A DNA stretch of 62,512 bases, filler included, from Globobulimina sp. (taxonomy: Eukaryota): the NCBI GenBank assembly GCA_003354225.1. It is 30 parts of 30 records of this genome, joined end to end, with 100 filler letters (N's around TTAATTAATTAA, not from the genome) between each part and the next. Parts side by side here need not be neighbours in the genome. Positions count along the whole stretch, not along the records: positions 35,495 to 37,481 come from PIVH01009977.1; positions 37,582 to 39,568 come from PIVH01009978.1; positions 39,669 to 41,655 come from PIVH01009979.1; positions 41,756 to 43,741 come from PIVH01009980.1; positions 43,842 to 45,827 come from PIVH01009981.1; positions 45,928 to 47,913 come from PIVH01009982.1; positions 48,014 to 49,999 come from PIVH01009983.1; 23 more parts are not named here. The stretch is one strand, 5' to 3'. The position numbers were made by a program, and so were the translations under genes. Position 1 is the first letter of the stretch; each line of letters opens with the position of its first letter. A model generated the notes under the pieces. It did no database searches. It was not told where the DNA came from and saw only the letters and a program-made list of their open reading frames with translations. Of the stretch, positions 35,830 to 48,348 are shown piece after piece.

Positions 35830-36666
35830 ATGGCAGCTCCAACTCCTACGGTTCAAGCAATGGCTGAAAAAAGGAAAGGAAATGAAAAATTTGTGAAAAA
35901 TAAATTTGGTGAAGCAATAACGCATTATACTAATGCATTGGATTTAGCAGCAGATATAAAAGATTTTGATGCTAAACAGAGGTCGATATTATATGCAAAT
36001 AAAGCAGAGTGTTATATCCGTTTAGTGAGACATAAAGAAGCAATCACAGCATGCGATGAAGCATTAAAATGTGATTCGAGTAATATAAAGGCTCGTTTTC
36101 GTCGCGCAAAAGCAAATGAAAAATTATCAAATTATAAAACCTCATTAAATGATTTAAAATATGTAATAAAAAAAGATAATAAGAATAGCAAAGCATTGGA
36201 TTTAATGAGAATCGTTCAAAGAAAATTAGGAATTGGTACAAGCAAAAATAAATCGGATAAATTATTATCTTATGATCCAGAAACTGATGTCACTGAGAAA
36301 GATCAAATGGATATTTGCGAATATAATTTATTAAATCATTTAAAAACAGAGTGTGAGGATGAATTATTAGCATTAAATAAAGTATTACGAGGTATTGACG
36401 ACGCATCGGATGCGGTGGAGATGTTATTAGACGACGATGCCTGTCGAGTACAATTAGGAAATTCATTTATGTTCATCTCAAATGATGATACGGAGCTATA
36501 TTTAAAACAAAAAGCAAAAGAGAATAAATTAAAAATTCGTAAATTAAGCGAGAAATTGAATAATACCATTGATGCTATGACTAAATTAAGAGCCAAACTA
36601 AAAGCAAAATTTGGTGATCACATAGGTTTACCTGAGATTCAGCCAAATCCAAATATAAAACGTTAA
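35830..36666 (+). CDS. TPR co-chaperone domain fused to prefoldin subunit 4-like domain
   Basis: KRKGNEKF..A..Y..AL / LYANKA.C / KARFRRA TPRs, then DVTEKDQ..I...DDA.D.......QLG.SF...L.AKFGDHI.L, matching the PFDN4/Gim3 pattern. Complete and intronless. Confidence 0.85.
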   Translation: MAAPTPTVQAMAEKRKGNEKFVKNKFGEAITHYTNALDLAADIKDFDAKQRSILYANKAECYIRLVRHKEAITACDEALKCDSSNIKARFRRAKANEKLSNYKTSLNDLKYVIKKDNKNSKALDLMRIVQRKLGIGTSKNKSDKLLSYDPETDVTEKDQMDICEYNLLNHLKTECEDELLALNKVLRGIDDASDAVEMLLDDDACRVQLGNSFMFISNDDTELYLKQKAKENKLKIRKLSEKLNNTIDAMTKLRAKLKAKFGDHIGLPEIQPNPNIKR

Positions 36667-37024
36667 CCATGATATAATTGTTTGTGTACTGATTTTTTAT
36701 TCATGTGCAAGGATATACAGTTTTGCTCAGATTAAAGCAGCTTAAATGAAAAGCAGCTTAAATGGGACACAGTCACAGGACCTACTGTTCAATTTTAATT
36801 ATATACGTGATTTACCAATGTATGTAGATGATCATCACAACTTTTTATTTGCTGGTTTTGTGGCCGGTTAATTGATAAAATAGAAACGAAAAACACTTTA
36901 TCATAATAATACAAATAAAAAAACATAATTTGCAGTTTTGTTACAACAGTGGGGAACGACGAGGAAAAATATAGTAAAATATAGCAACAAGAATGCTGAT
37001 AATAATAAGAAAAATGGAAGATAG

Positions 37025-37481
37025 TCACAATGAGTTTAATTTACGCATTTTAAAATAATTTCGATTTGAATATGTATGAGAATGCGCGCGTTGAATAATG
37101 AAATGTTTTTTTGGTTTTTTTATTTTTTTCATACTCAATTTGAATAGATTCAAATAACGTATTTCTTTGCTATCAAAATGATGAATTGCAAAACCAGTGA
37201 TTCTTTTAATTTGATTTAATTTATTATTATTTTGATTTAATTTGTATAACGTTTTAATAATTGTTTTCAAAATATTTAAAAGCCACAATCGATGATACTT
37301 ATTATTCATTAAATAGTCAATAAACCGTTTATTATTTATTAGTATCAAATAAATCCAATCCCAATATGCCTCAATGCCATTATTCACAATTTGTTTCTTA
37401 TGCGAATAAATATTAAATTTGTTTTTGTAAGAAAATCTGTTTAAAATTTCATACTCCAAAATATATTGAATTGAAAAATGA
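37025..37481 (-). CDS. Hypothetical protein, C-terminal part
   Basis: AT-rich ORF of about 144 aa at the contig end. Confidence 0.4.
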
Positions 37482-38189
37482 NNNNNNNNNNNNNNNNNNN
37501 NNNNNNNNNNNNNNNNNNNNNNNNNTTAATTAATTAANNNNNNNNNNNNNNNNNNNNNNNNNNNNNNNNNNNNNNNNNNNNACTGGTTATAACGCATAAT
37601 ACTTTTACAACACAAACAAATGTTTCGTATAATTCAAAATTGATAATAGAATGCGAATAAATAATGGAAAAGGCATACCTCTGCACAATATCAATGAATC
37701 CATAATTTTAGCACTCCCTTCAAATGGGGATGGATTGTTTTTCATTGCCTTTATGCCATTTGTTGCATCACCACAGGTATTCGCCAAAAATACTAATGCA
37801 ACAATTAAATTCATTAATGATACGGCACCACCAAATAAACGAAAAAAGTCTTGTCTATGTGCATGGCTAAATTTTGTAATGCTGTGCATGATGTTTAAAA
37901 AAGTGATTAAAGACAATAAATGAGTTGCGAGTTTGCGTCCGTTGCGAGTTTGCGCATGCGCATTTTTTGGATTTTTGCAGCTGTTAATTACATTTACATA
38001 TGATACGTACATAGTATTTGTAAAGATATAATGGAAGTTTACGATTTAGAAAACAAAAGAAAAACGAATAAATTTTTGATTGGGTGTGAATTGGATGTTG
38101 TATTTAAATTGAAGTTGATCCAATCAATCTAATATTAAATCGAATATTAAATTGAATATTAAATTTGCATTTTTTTATAGAAAAAAAAG

Positions 38190-39568
38190 ATGTTAGCTAA
38201 GTTTTCCAGACTTCCACACCATTCATTCTCAATCCGTTTCAAGCGTTGTTTAGTCACAATGGCACAGCCTAATAATTACCAATCACAACATAAAAAATCA
38301 AAACGAAAAAGAAAGAAAAATAAAAAATACAATCAGTATCATCAAAAACAGGAATACCATCAACACTCAAATAACGAACAAAAACAAGCATTCTCAAACA
38401 AGGAGATATTAATTATAGATGGCTCTATGATGGAAGGAGGAGGTTTTAATGCATCCATAACTCTTTTAATAATATTTACAGTATGTTTTCCATTATAGGA
38501 CAGATCATACGCAACAGCATTGCCTTTGCAGCATTGATGAAAAAAGCAATTCATATCACAAACATTCGTGGCAAACGAAGTAATCCAGGATTGAGAAAAC
38601 AGCACTCGAAAGGCATTGAACTGGTAAGAAAAATCAATGGGTATGATACCATATATTTTATTTTTCATTTGTGAATACAAAAACGTTACATATGCACATG
38701 TACAAAAAGTGGTTTTGTAGACGGAAATTACTTAAAATCAATGGATATTAAATATTATCCAAGTGATCAACCATCATTTCTTAATACCTATCAAGTTGAC
38801 ATTGAAACCGCTGGCTCTGTTTGTTTATTAATGCAAACTGTATTACCTTTGCTTATATTCAGTCCATTGTCGTGTATGCTGACATGCATTGGAGGCACCA
38901 ATGCGAGTTTTGCACCGCAAATTGATTATTTTGAATTAATATTACAACCAATGTTGAAACGATTAATGAATATAGACATTGCGATACAGTGCAAACAACG
39001 TGGCTTTTTCCCCAAAGGTGGGGGTAAAATAATATTAAAAACACAACCAATTCAAACATATATTCCATGTTTTGAGCTAATAAAAAGAGGTCAAATATCG
39101 CAAATATATGGACGTGTAATTGTTGCTGGTAGAAGTTTACAAATTGTCTCTGGTAATGATGTTATTAAAGGAGCAGTAAGAGAGTTACAACGGACATTTG
39201 GTAATAAAATACCAATTAAAATTAATGTAGTAGAAAAAGATAAAATTGATTCATATTCGGCTGGAATTGGAATTGTCATTGTTTTAGAAACTGACACCGG
39301 TTGCTTGTATGGTGGGAGTGCTTTAAGTAAATATAATAATAAAAATTATGAGGAGATTGGTCGAGTGGCAGCTCGTGAAGTGATAACAGATTGGAACAGT
39401 ACAAAAAGTGGTTGTAGTGATCGATGGTTACAGGATCAACTTATTATATTTATGGCATTGGCAAAGGGCAAATCAAGAATGGCCACATGCGGTTTGGAGC
39501 TGCATACCCAAACTGCTATATATATTGCAGAGTTGCTCACTGGAGTTAAATTTATTGTGTCCACGATG
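38190..39568 (+). CDS. RTCA: RNA 3'-terminal phosphate cyclase, 2 introns, 3'-truncated
   Basis: IDGSMMEGG/GQIIR, NIRGKRSNPGLRKQH, AGSVCLLMQ, GGTNA..AP.IDY, RGFFPKGGG, LQDQLIIFMALA and the catalytic LHT.T. Introns 38443-38498 and 38641-38709. Confidence 0.95.
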
Positions 39569-39668
39569 NNNNNNNNNNNNNNNNNNNNNNNNNNNNNNNN
39601 NNNNNNNNNNNNTTAATTAATTAANNNNNNNNNNNNNNNNNNNNNNNNNNNNNNNNNNNNNNNNNNNN

Positions 39669-40563
39669 TAATAACAATTTGTGTGCTACCAATCAGGAAA
39701 TGGGGCGATGGATACGTTTGGATTCAATGGATTGTTCAAACAAAAAAGAATTTAATTCCTGGTGTTGGATTAAGTTAAAATTTGATTGGTTGCCATATCG
39801 TTGGAGCGCATATCAATGTTCTTATTTACAACGGACGCCTTCAAATGTTCATAAGTGTTTAATTAAAAATAAATTAAATCGAATTGCCATTGGCGGAGAT
39901 TCATTAATTCGCTTATTTTCAATAGAAATGGTAAGATATATATTTGGTGGACCACTGTTACGTGGCGATAATGTCGAACATTGGTCGTATTCCAAACATT
40001 ATCAATCAAGCGACACTCAAGTATGGTTTATGGGATACGACCATAACATCGATGATATTTCATTTATGAAAGAATTTATAGTCAATAAGCAAAATGCAAA
40101 TAAACCGAATGTTTTTATACATAATTTCCAAGTCATTCATAAAATGTGGCATCAAAATGTCACACAGTTTACGGATTTAATGCGGAGTTATAAACAAATG
40201 GCAAATGAGCTATTTCAGGAATATTATGATGTGGATGAGATGCCGCTGCGTATGATATTTGAAGCACCGCTGTTAGTCTCGGAAAGGGAGTATCATGACA
40301 CTGGGGACAGGGCGGTGATATATAATAAGATAATGCGAGATGTCTTTGAAGCGGATGGTTGGATATTTATTTCTGTGTTCGAGATCTCAAAAGCACGAAT
40401 GTATGATTCTACAAATAAAAAAGATGGTGTCATTGATGGGATGCATATGAGCAGTAATATATTGATCGAAATTGCGCGTATTACGATAGATATGCTTTGT
40501 AGATTTGAACTTAAAAATCATACACTACAAAATGCATTAAATCCACTTTATATGAGTGTATAA
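39669..40563 (+). CDS. SGNH/PC-esterase (TBL/Cas1p-like acyl-esterase) domain, 5'-truncated
   Basis: W....C.Y, IGGDSLIR (GDS) and DGMH (DxxH) motifs. Confidence 0.8.
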
Positions 40564-40772
40564 ATCAAATGAGCCTTGTTGTGAGGTAAAATGGTAAATA
40601 AATATATTTCTCAAGTGTACACCATTATATTTTGTTCGTCTATACCTAGTAGCTGAGTGGAATTGAAGTGAAAATCACATTTGCCATTGCAGTTATATTA
40701 GTGTCATGTAAATGTATTATATGTACTTGTGCATATATTGATATATTATAGTAACTTAAGCGCGATTATCAA

Positions 40773-41655
40773 TCAATCGCAATGCCAAATCATTCTCTCA
40801 AACCTCTCCATCAAAACAATTGCATCATTCTTTCTCAGCTTTACCGCCAAAACCCATTCTCTCCACGCATCCGGTTGACAGGCAATCTTTGAAATTATTT
40901 TATCATTTTGTTCGATCTCATACATCAACATCCCCGTTGAACCCGTAGTTCCCAAATCTAACGACATTATAACAATATCCCCGACACAAACCGATAAATC
41001 CTTCGCTGCTAAACATATAACTCCACTTTTGCTCATATGCCGAAAATACCCTCCATTCAATTCCAACCCATACCCAACATAATTTATACTGTTATTCTTT
41101 GTCACCAGTTTAAAATCACACACTTTCTCAATTTCAACAATTCCAATCGCGATGTTACTTCTTTGCAATGCCTCATCAATCCCTTTTATCTGAAACTGCC
41201 ATGTTTTGCACATACCATTCGATACAATGTCAGTTCCAAAAGCATAATAAAACACATTTGCTTTTCCTTTCTCATCTGAATATTCTTCCGCTTGAATACA
41301 CTGACAATGCATTGACAAATCTATCCGTGAATGTATATGGGTTTCAGCCCATGTTTCATTGGCAACATTTAGCCAAAACAGCAGCTCATTTATGATTTCT
41401 ATGCTTATAAACGCAGTGAATGTCAAATTGCAAAATTCGCGAACATATCCATATAGCAGCAACTCTTTCGAATATATGAAATATTTCTTTTTCCACAAAC
41501 AGTCATAGCGCGGTTTATTATAATGTTGTCTTTGTTTATCATAGCACTCATTGCAAGTTCTCAAGTTATTGTCCTTGTATGTTCTGTACGGACAGCATCC
41601 ATCGCAGGCGACACAGCCACTGTTTTGTTTGGAAGTTAATATTTTGTCAACAATG
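40773..41655 (-). CDS. Zinc-finger (FYVE-like end) + SPRY-like protein, 5'-truncated
   Basis: VACDGCC...LRTCNECY, then YAFG..IV.....TWQF.I, IAIGIV, GYGL, GDIVIMSLDL and W.LAV.L. Confidence 0.72.
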
Positions 41656-41755
41656 NNNNNNNNNNNNNNNNNNNNNNNNNNNNNNNNNNNNNNNNNNNNT
41701 TAATTAATTAANNNNNNNNNNNNNNNNNNNNNNNNNNNNNNNNNNNNNNNNNNNN

Positions 41756-43553
41756 AATACCTGATGGAGTGCCTAATAATGGTCTTTTCCGACGACTATC
41801 ACTTGAGCACTTTGGACGGCTTCCTGACCGTCGTCAACAAGTTGCAGTCCTCCGTCAATGTGAACAGCATTATCATCAAATTGATGGAGCGCCTAAGCAA
41901 ATACGCCGAGGCCCAGGAAAACATGGAAAAGTTCACCGAAAAGGACATATTCGCCATCTTCCAGAATTATTGCAAGCAAATCATCACCAAACACAAGAAA
42001 ATGACCTTGGACGACATCCTCGCGCTTTACGTTAAGATGTTATATATTTGCGGTGCAATGTGGATTGACGGCGCAATTTCGCACATTTGCAACCAAAACA
42101 GGTGGAGTTAGTTAATTTTGCGGCGCAATGCTATCCCGGCCGCGACGAGTATATCGGGACGATGATGGATGAGACGTTGGCGGTGATCGAGAAACATTGC
42201 GGCGACTCAGGCAAAGTGCCGGCTTCCTGCGTCTCGCACATCCATCGCATGCTGGTGTCGCCCATTCGCGCCATGAATCTGCGAGTGTTGCAATTGAAGA
42301 CGTACTGTGTGCTGATGGCCACGTTGCCGACCAACAACGACATCAAATCCATATCTTGCGACATCATCTCAGTGTTGACGTCGATCGCGGTGGACAGCAA
42401 AATCTATATCGAGTCTCCGGAGGAAATCGAGAAGTTATTCAATATGATCCATCCCTTATTGTACGACGACGAAAAGGAGGACGCGACGGCGGGCCCTGAG
42501 CAGAAGGAGGAGGCCGACGGCGCGTCGTTGGAAGAAAGCGACTTCGAAAGGGAGCAGAACTTAGTTTCGTCGCTGATCCATTTGATCCGCTGCGAGAGCT
42601 CCACGGATATCCATTATAAGTCGTTGCATTTGGCGCGGAAATACTTCGGCAAAGGCGGCGAACGGCGCTTATTGTTCAGTTTCCCGCCGTTGGTGTTCAA
42701 CGCCTTGCGACTGATCCAAAGCGCGCATGGCCGCATGGAGGCGCTGTCGGAGGACGCGATGAGTGAGAGCGAGGAGCGTGCGGTGAGTGTGAAGCCGAAG
42801 AAAATGTTCCAATTCGTGCATCAGATCTGCAGTGCGTACGGCTCGCATTCGCCGGAAACCGGGGTTCGATTATGGTTGCAAGGCGCTTTGGGTGCGGACG
42901 GCTGCGGTTTCAGCGACATTTGCTATGAGTTCGTGTCGCAGTCCTTTCTGTGCTTCGAAGAGCATGTCTCGGACAGCGGGGAGCAGTACGAGGCGATCCG
43001 GTGCATCACGGCGAGTTTGGCGCAGATAACGAGTTTGGACGAGGAGAACTTCGACACGTTGCGGAGTAAGGCGGTGTCGCACAGCAACAGATTGCTGAAG
43101 AAGCCGTGCGCCGCAAACTGCTTTGTGCTATGCAGCAATCTGTACATTAACACGCAATATGCGGACGGGAGGGTGGCGTGCAAATGTTTGGTGAAAGCGT
43201 GTAAGCGCGCCAGTCAAATGATGGACGGCGTGGAAATGATCAACGTGTTCATCAAAGTGATGAACCAATACATTTATTTGATCCTTAACAAGTGCCAGCA
43301 TTTCGACTATGAGAAAGTGAGCCAATTGGTCGAGTTGATCGGCGATAAAATCAAACAGCAACAGGCGCACTGCGCAGATGCAGAGGATATGAATGTGGCT
43401 GTTGGCGCCGTGGAGAATGCCAATGATGGCGCAGACAGTGCGAGGTTGCAAGAAATAAAACAATTTTTTAGATTGACTTGTCAGTATGTCAACGATTTGA
43501 AGAATTCCAATGATGAGCAAATTGCACACAGCTTTGCAAAAATTGACTTATAA
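41756..43553 (+). CDS. VPS35: Retromer subunit VPS35, 5'-truncated, 1 intron
   Basis: YLMECLIMVFSDDYHLSTL, FEREQNLVS.LIH, ARKYFGKGG.RR..SFPPLVF, YEFVSQ.F..FEE and RLLKKP. Intron 42031-42101. Confidence 0.93.
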
Positions 43554-43841
43554 CTTGAATTGACACAACTTTAGCTTTTCTTATTATTATTTATTTTGTT
43601 TTGTCTTTTGTACTAAAAATAATATTAATTTGTGTAGCAAGCTTAGAATGTGGTATATTGACCTTTGTACCCCTATTGTAAGCCCCCTAGTTCACTACTT
43701 TAGTATCTTAGACCTTAGCTAGTCACTAACCCATTCTACCTNNNNNNNNNNNNNNNNNNNNNNNNNNNNNNNNNNNNNNNNNNNNTTAATTAATTAANNN
43801 NNNNNNNNNNNNNNNNNNNNNNNNNNNNNNNNNNNNNNNNN

Positions 43842-45685
43842 GTTATTATTCGAATAAAGTGCGATTAGAAATATACTTAATGCCAACAATGACTCCAACA
43901 TTCTATGAATATAATGCACACCGACAACATTTTTAAAAACACACATTTTATTTTTATGTCTGTTGCTGCAGCACAAAACACCTAAAACTGAGATGGGAGT
44001 CCAACATAAAACGGCGCGAAAAATGCAACCGACGGTCGACTCGATTTTGGTTTGCAACTCTTCGTCGCTGAGCCGCAGGGATAAATTTGGATGGACCACT
44101 AGAATCTCTATGATATTCCCCAGGTCGTTGCCTAAAAAGCCATCCCGATGCATACTTAAATAAAACATAATCTGTAAGCTGATGATGAATAGCACGATAT
44201 ATAGGCCATACGCGTGTATTTGCGATAATAACGCCATGATACACAAACGTGTGGATATCTCACATAAACGAAAGATGGAACGGACTAAAAACCTCCAATG
44301 CGGTGGGAACATGCGGTTTGCATTGGTTTCTTCTCTCACTTTCCATTCATCAGAACGCACAACGGAAGAAGTTATGGATAAAATAGAAAATAGCAACGAT
44401 GCCTGTACGATAAAGGACACATATTTGGACGAATTGAGATTGTTGACAGTGAATACATATACTAATTGGAGGAGTGCCTGCGGTGCAGACTCCAGCACAG
44501 ATTCCATGTGGCGGATGGACCGTAACTGCAGTGTGGATTTGCCGTTTTTACTGTTGACAGAGGCGTAAATCTCGAAAAATATCATCATATCTAAGAATTG
44601 TAAGAAACCGCCGCAAATATGAAACCTTTTGGCATAGCGATATCCGGATACTAATCTATAGACCATTTGAGCCGCAATGCTGCCAATTATGAAATAAAAT
44701 GTATTGACTGTATCACCCGCGGGTGACACGAACGAGTTTGGATGGTTCCAATTCGAATCTGGTATCCAATCGCATATCACTGCGATGTCTGTAGCCATGT
44801 CCCAAAAATGGAAGAATATTGGCGTGTACATGGAGAGTTTGTTGAGCATTTTAGCAAAACGTAAGTTAGTTAGACAGTTTTCGTCATCTTCCTCTTCTTC
44901 CACAATAACTCGTACTTCCTTCCTGTTTTATGCGTTTCTGATGCTTTTTAAATTGCATATAAATGATAAGGAATGGCATACTTTTTGTGACTGTTCATGG
45001 ATATAACCACTTGTTCGTCGCTGTCAGATTTCTCGCTTTTGTCACTGTGTTGGTTGAGATGGATATAAGTGGTTAGCTGATTTGTGCTGGTTTGAGAAGT
45101 AGTTTTCTGTAATGTGTATGGATTAATTTCCTGCGGTATATTGGGTAAATCATCTAAATGGATGGCACTGCGAATGTGGCTGTGATGGTTTGGAGGGCTA
45201 TCGGCATTGATGGCAGTTTGTTTATTTATAATTATACTGCTTTGAAGTTGTAATTTGGGTAAATTATTGTTGTTATTATTGGATAATGGATTATTTGCTA
45301 AAATAGCTAAATCGATACTGTTCCACATATTATCATTGTTGTCAGACTCGTTATTATTGTATGATTGGGCTGATTGTGCTTCCTTTTGTGGAAACATTTG
45401 CATTTCAATCATTCGACTTTCTGTTTTTTCACGTTTCACGCGAAATTTATCTGCGGCTAAACCTATCTCTACACTCATCATTATGTTTACATCTGCATTA
45501 AAAGCACCGGGGTCATAGTTTTCGCCATCAAATTGTGGCGCTTGTTTCATTTGTTCAATGCCTGATCTTTCCTTGAAGCATAACCAAACTATGCAAAGTG
45601 TTGATAAACAGAATATTATGTATCCAAGAATTGCAAGATAAGCAACTCGTACTTCTAAAACACCTATCAATATGTTGTACGCCAT
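43842..45685 (-). CDS. XK-related (Xkr scramblase family) membrane protein, 1 intron, 3'-truncated
   Basis: D.ATDI.V...W, ESVLESAPQALLQL, S...S..SI and FR..EI..R motifs. Intron 44923-44981 joins the two ORFs in frame. Confidence 0.8.
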
Positions 45686-46165
45686 GATAAATTGATAAAA
45701 AATGAATGCTACTTGACAGTTTTGAATGAATTATTTTCACAGATATGAAATGGTTACTTTTGCTAAATATATGATCCATTAAAATTGATGAAAAAAATAC
45801 AATGATTATGACAATTATGAAATTTTANNNNNNNNNNNNNNNNNNNNNNNNNNNNNNNNNNNNNNNNNNNNTTAATTAATTAANNNNNNNNNNNNNNNNN
45901 NNNNNNNNNNNNNNNNNNNNNNNNNNNGTGACGATGCAAGGGCATCAATTACGACACATTTGTTTGTTTGTACTCCATGTAAATGATTGCAATCTGAACA
46001 ATAAACAAAGTTATTTGTAAAGAATAAATAGAACATAATAGAAATATAATAAAATAAAACATACTCTTTGTTGCCGTTGTTTGTTTTTGATTGAATGTGC
46101 AAAACAAATAAAGTGATGTTCCAAGTAATGCTAAACAAATAAGTTTTTTCATTCTTAAATTGTCT

Positions 46166-46193
46166 GATTAGATCAGATCAGATCAGATCAGAT
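46166..46193. repeat. (GATCA)n microsatellite, 4 perfect copies plus degenerate flanks
   Basis: gatta gatca gatca gatca gatca gat. Confidence 0.8.
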
Positions 46194-46777
46194 GTATGCA
46201 ATTGCAAATAAAAGGGAGAATTAAAGGCAAAGTAAAGAAAAGTGCAGAGAATAAAGAATATAAATAGGATATCGATATAATAATAGATATACAAATATTA
46301 ATAGGAATTATGAGGAATTATGTCAATCAGAATATAATTTATGTCAGATCATGCAGCTGCAGATTGATGGGATCATATCTCCAATATATAAAAGTTAATA
46401 CTCGCGGAGAACCGGCTCAATACATTATGTAAAGGCAATTCTTGCCGCGTATGGTATGATGTTAATATTTGAAATGATGATGATATTAAACAATATAACG
46501 CCCGAAATACACATTTATTTGATTCAAACATGGTATCTTTGAATTAATGTTTTAAACAAATTATACAATATTCATGTTGCAGAGAATGGATTGAATGTTT
46601 TTGGTGTTAATTCCGATTTGGATGATTTACAGAAATATACTGAAGCCATTATTTAATTTACGAATAGACGAAGCAAGGATGGAGTGCTTCCATAACAAAT
46701 AATAGATAGATTATAGCCATAATAACAGTGAAGTCAAATGAGCATTAACAGATTTAAGTTTTTTTCATACAGCAACC

Positions 46778-47913
46778 ATGCGTTCGTCACACTGTTTTTT
46801 CATTGTAGCAATTCTGATGTCACATGCGGCTGAATTCCAGTTGCAATTCAAAGCAAAAGTACCAGACCAAACAATAACTAGTGGACAGCGAGTATTCAAT
46901 GCAACAGCAACAATTCCTGACATGTTTATATACTCAAATTACACCTCTCAACAAGAAAAACCAGAACAAGCTGAACAACGCAGATTAAAAGAAATAGCAC
47001 CGACACCCACCAGAGCTCCCACACCTGCACCTACAACAAAAGTACCATTGCCAGTAATTTTTCTCATTCCTCCTGAAGGTACAAATCCATATTCACAAAT
47101 CCATACAGTATACGTACAATTATTTTGCTTTAGGAGCTCAAGATAAATCTGTCTCGTTATATGGCTCCCAGTTCAATTTGGACAGCCAATACACCGCCAA
47201 CATATTCGAAGATTTAAAAAATAAATTAGTATCCGGCAAAATGGCCGTCATTCAATATGATAAACGAAACTGCAAAGCTTCCGCTGCGAATATGTGCACT
47301 GACTTATGTCCAAACGTCTGCGCCCAAACAAACGAAATCGACGAAAATGTTTGCAATTTAGATATCGGCTGTTATAATGATACCAACTTAACCATAAACG
47401 ACATCCTTTCTGATGCAAAACAGGTACGTACAGATTACACCAATGTTAACTTTAATTTTATCATAAATTCATGCAACATTCAACAAAAAAAAAAGGTATT
47501 TCACCAAAGCATTGGACAAATGAAAAAATATTTAGATTCTAACATTGTGGACATTTCACGCATATTTCCCATACCCATTGGCTTTTCTTTTCAAGGCGCT
47601 GCGATTGCGACGTATCTGGCATCGCAATCGCGGTCTAATACGGCCACTGCGATCTCGTTGATGGGTTCTAGCTTACCCATCGATGCACTTTTGCAGATGC
47701 AATTAGCTCATAACATGAATGCGAATATATCCGCTGCAGCTCAACAGACAATGTTTGCACAGTTACGAGCTACATTCGACGGTATCAAAAATGGAAGTTT
47801 TGCGGACCAAAAGCTTGTGAATGTATCCAATACTTTTTTAAATGATGCCAAGTCTGTGTCATATTGGCGGGATTGGTTATCGTTGACAGCAGAGATTGAT
47901 TATGATTCGATAG
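46778..47913 (+). CDS. Secreted alpha/beta-hydrolase-like protein, 1 intron, 3'-truncated
   Basis: Signal peptide and PT linker; intron 47079-47133. IFLIPPEG.QD...IFEDL...L....MAVIQYDKR and IGFSFQGAAIA resemble the YDKR-type hydrolases. Confidence 0.65.
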
Positions 47914-48013
47914 NNNNNNNNNNNNNNNNNNNNNNNNNNNNNNNNNNNNNNNNNNNNTTAATTAATTAANNNNNNNNNNNNNNNNNNNNNNNNNNNNNNN
48001 NNNNNNNNNNNNN

Positions 48014-48132
48014 ATATAATGTGGACGCAGCAATACGAATTGTTAATATTGGCGAAGGGAATGATGTTTGTGAGACGCCGGTAATTTTTGATCATATAAA
48101 TGTAGAGTGTAAATTAAAACATTTAATAAAAT
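48014..48132. repeat. 119-bp direct terminal repeat (second copy at 49881-49999)
   Basis: Identical sequence atataatgtggacgcag...catttaataaaat at both ends of the contig. Confidence 0.95.
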
Positions 48133-48348
48133 GGAGGAAAAATGATGTGCATAATCAGTCTTTGCTCAATGTCGCAAATGAAAAGTCATTTATTACACAA
48201 ATTGACAAAATTGTGAAAGAGAACCCGTGATAGCCTTAGACGTACAGAGAACATTTGTTTCTGTCAGAAAATGTCTATATATTATTCATTTTTTAATTTT
48301 TGTAAACTTTTAAAAGACAAATTATACACTCAAAATGTACAGATAAAT

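Noticed and set aside
37605-38012. Possible membrane-protein ORF opposite RtcA
   Set aside because: Strand and start are ambiguous and no family motif was recognised.
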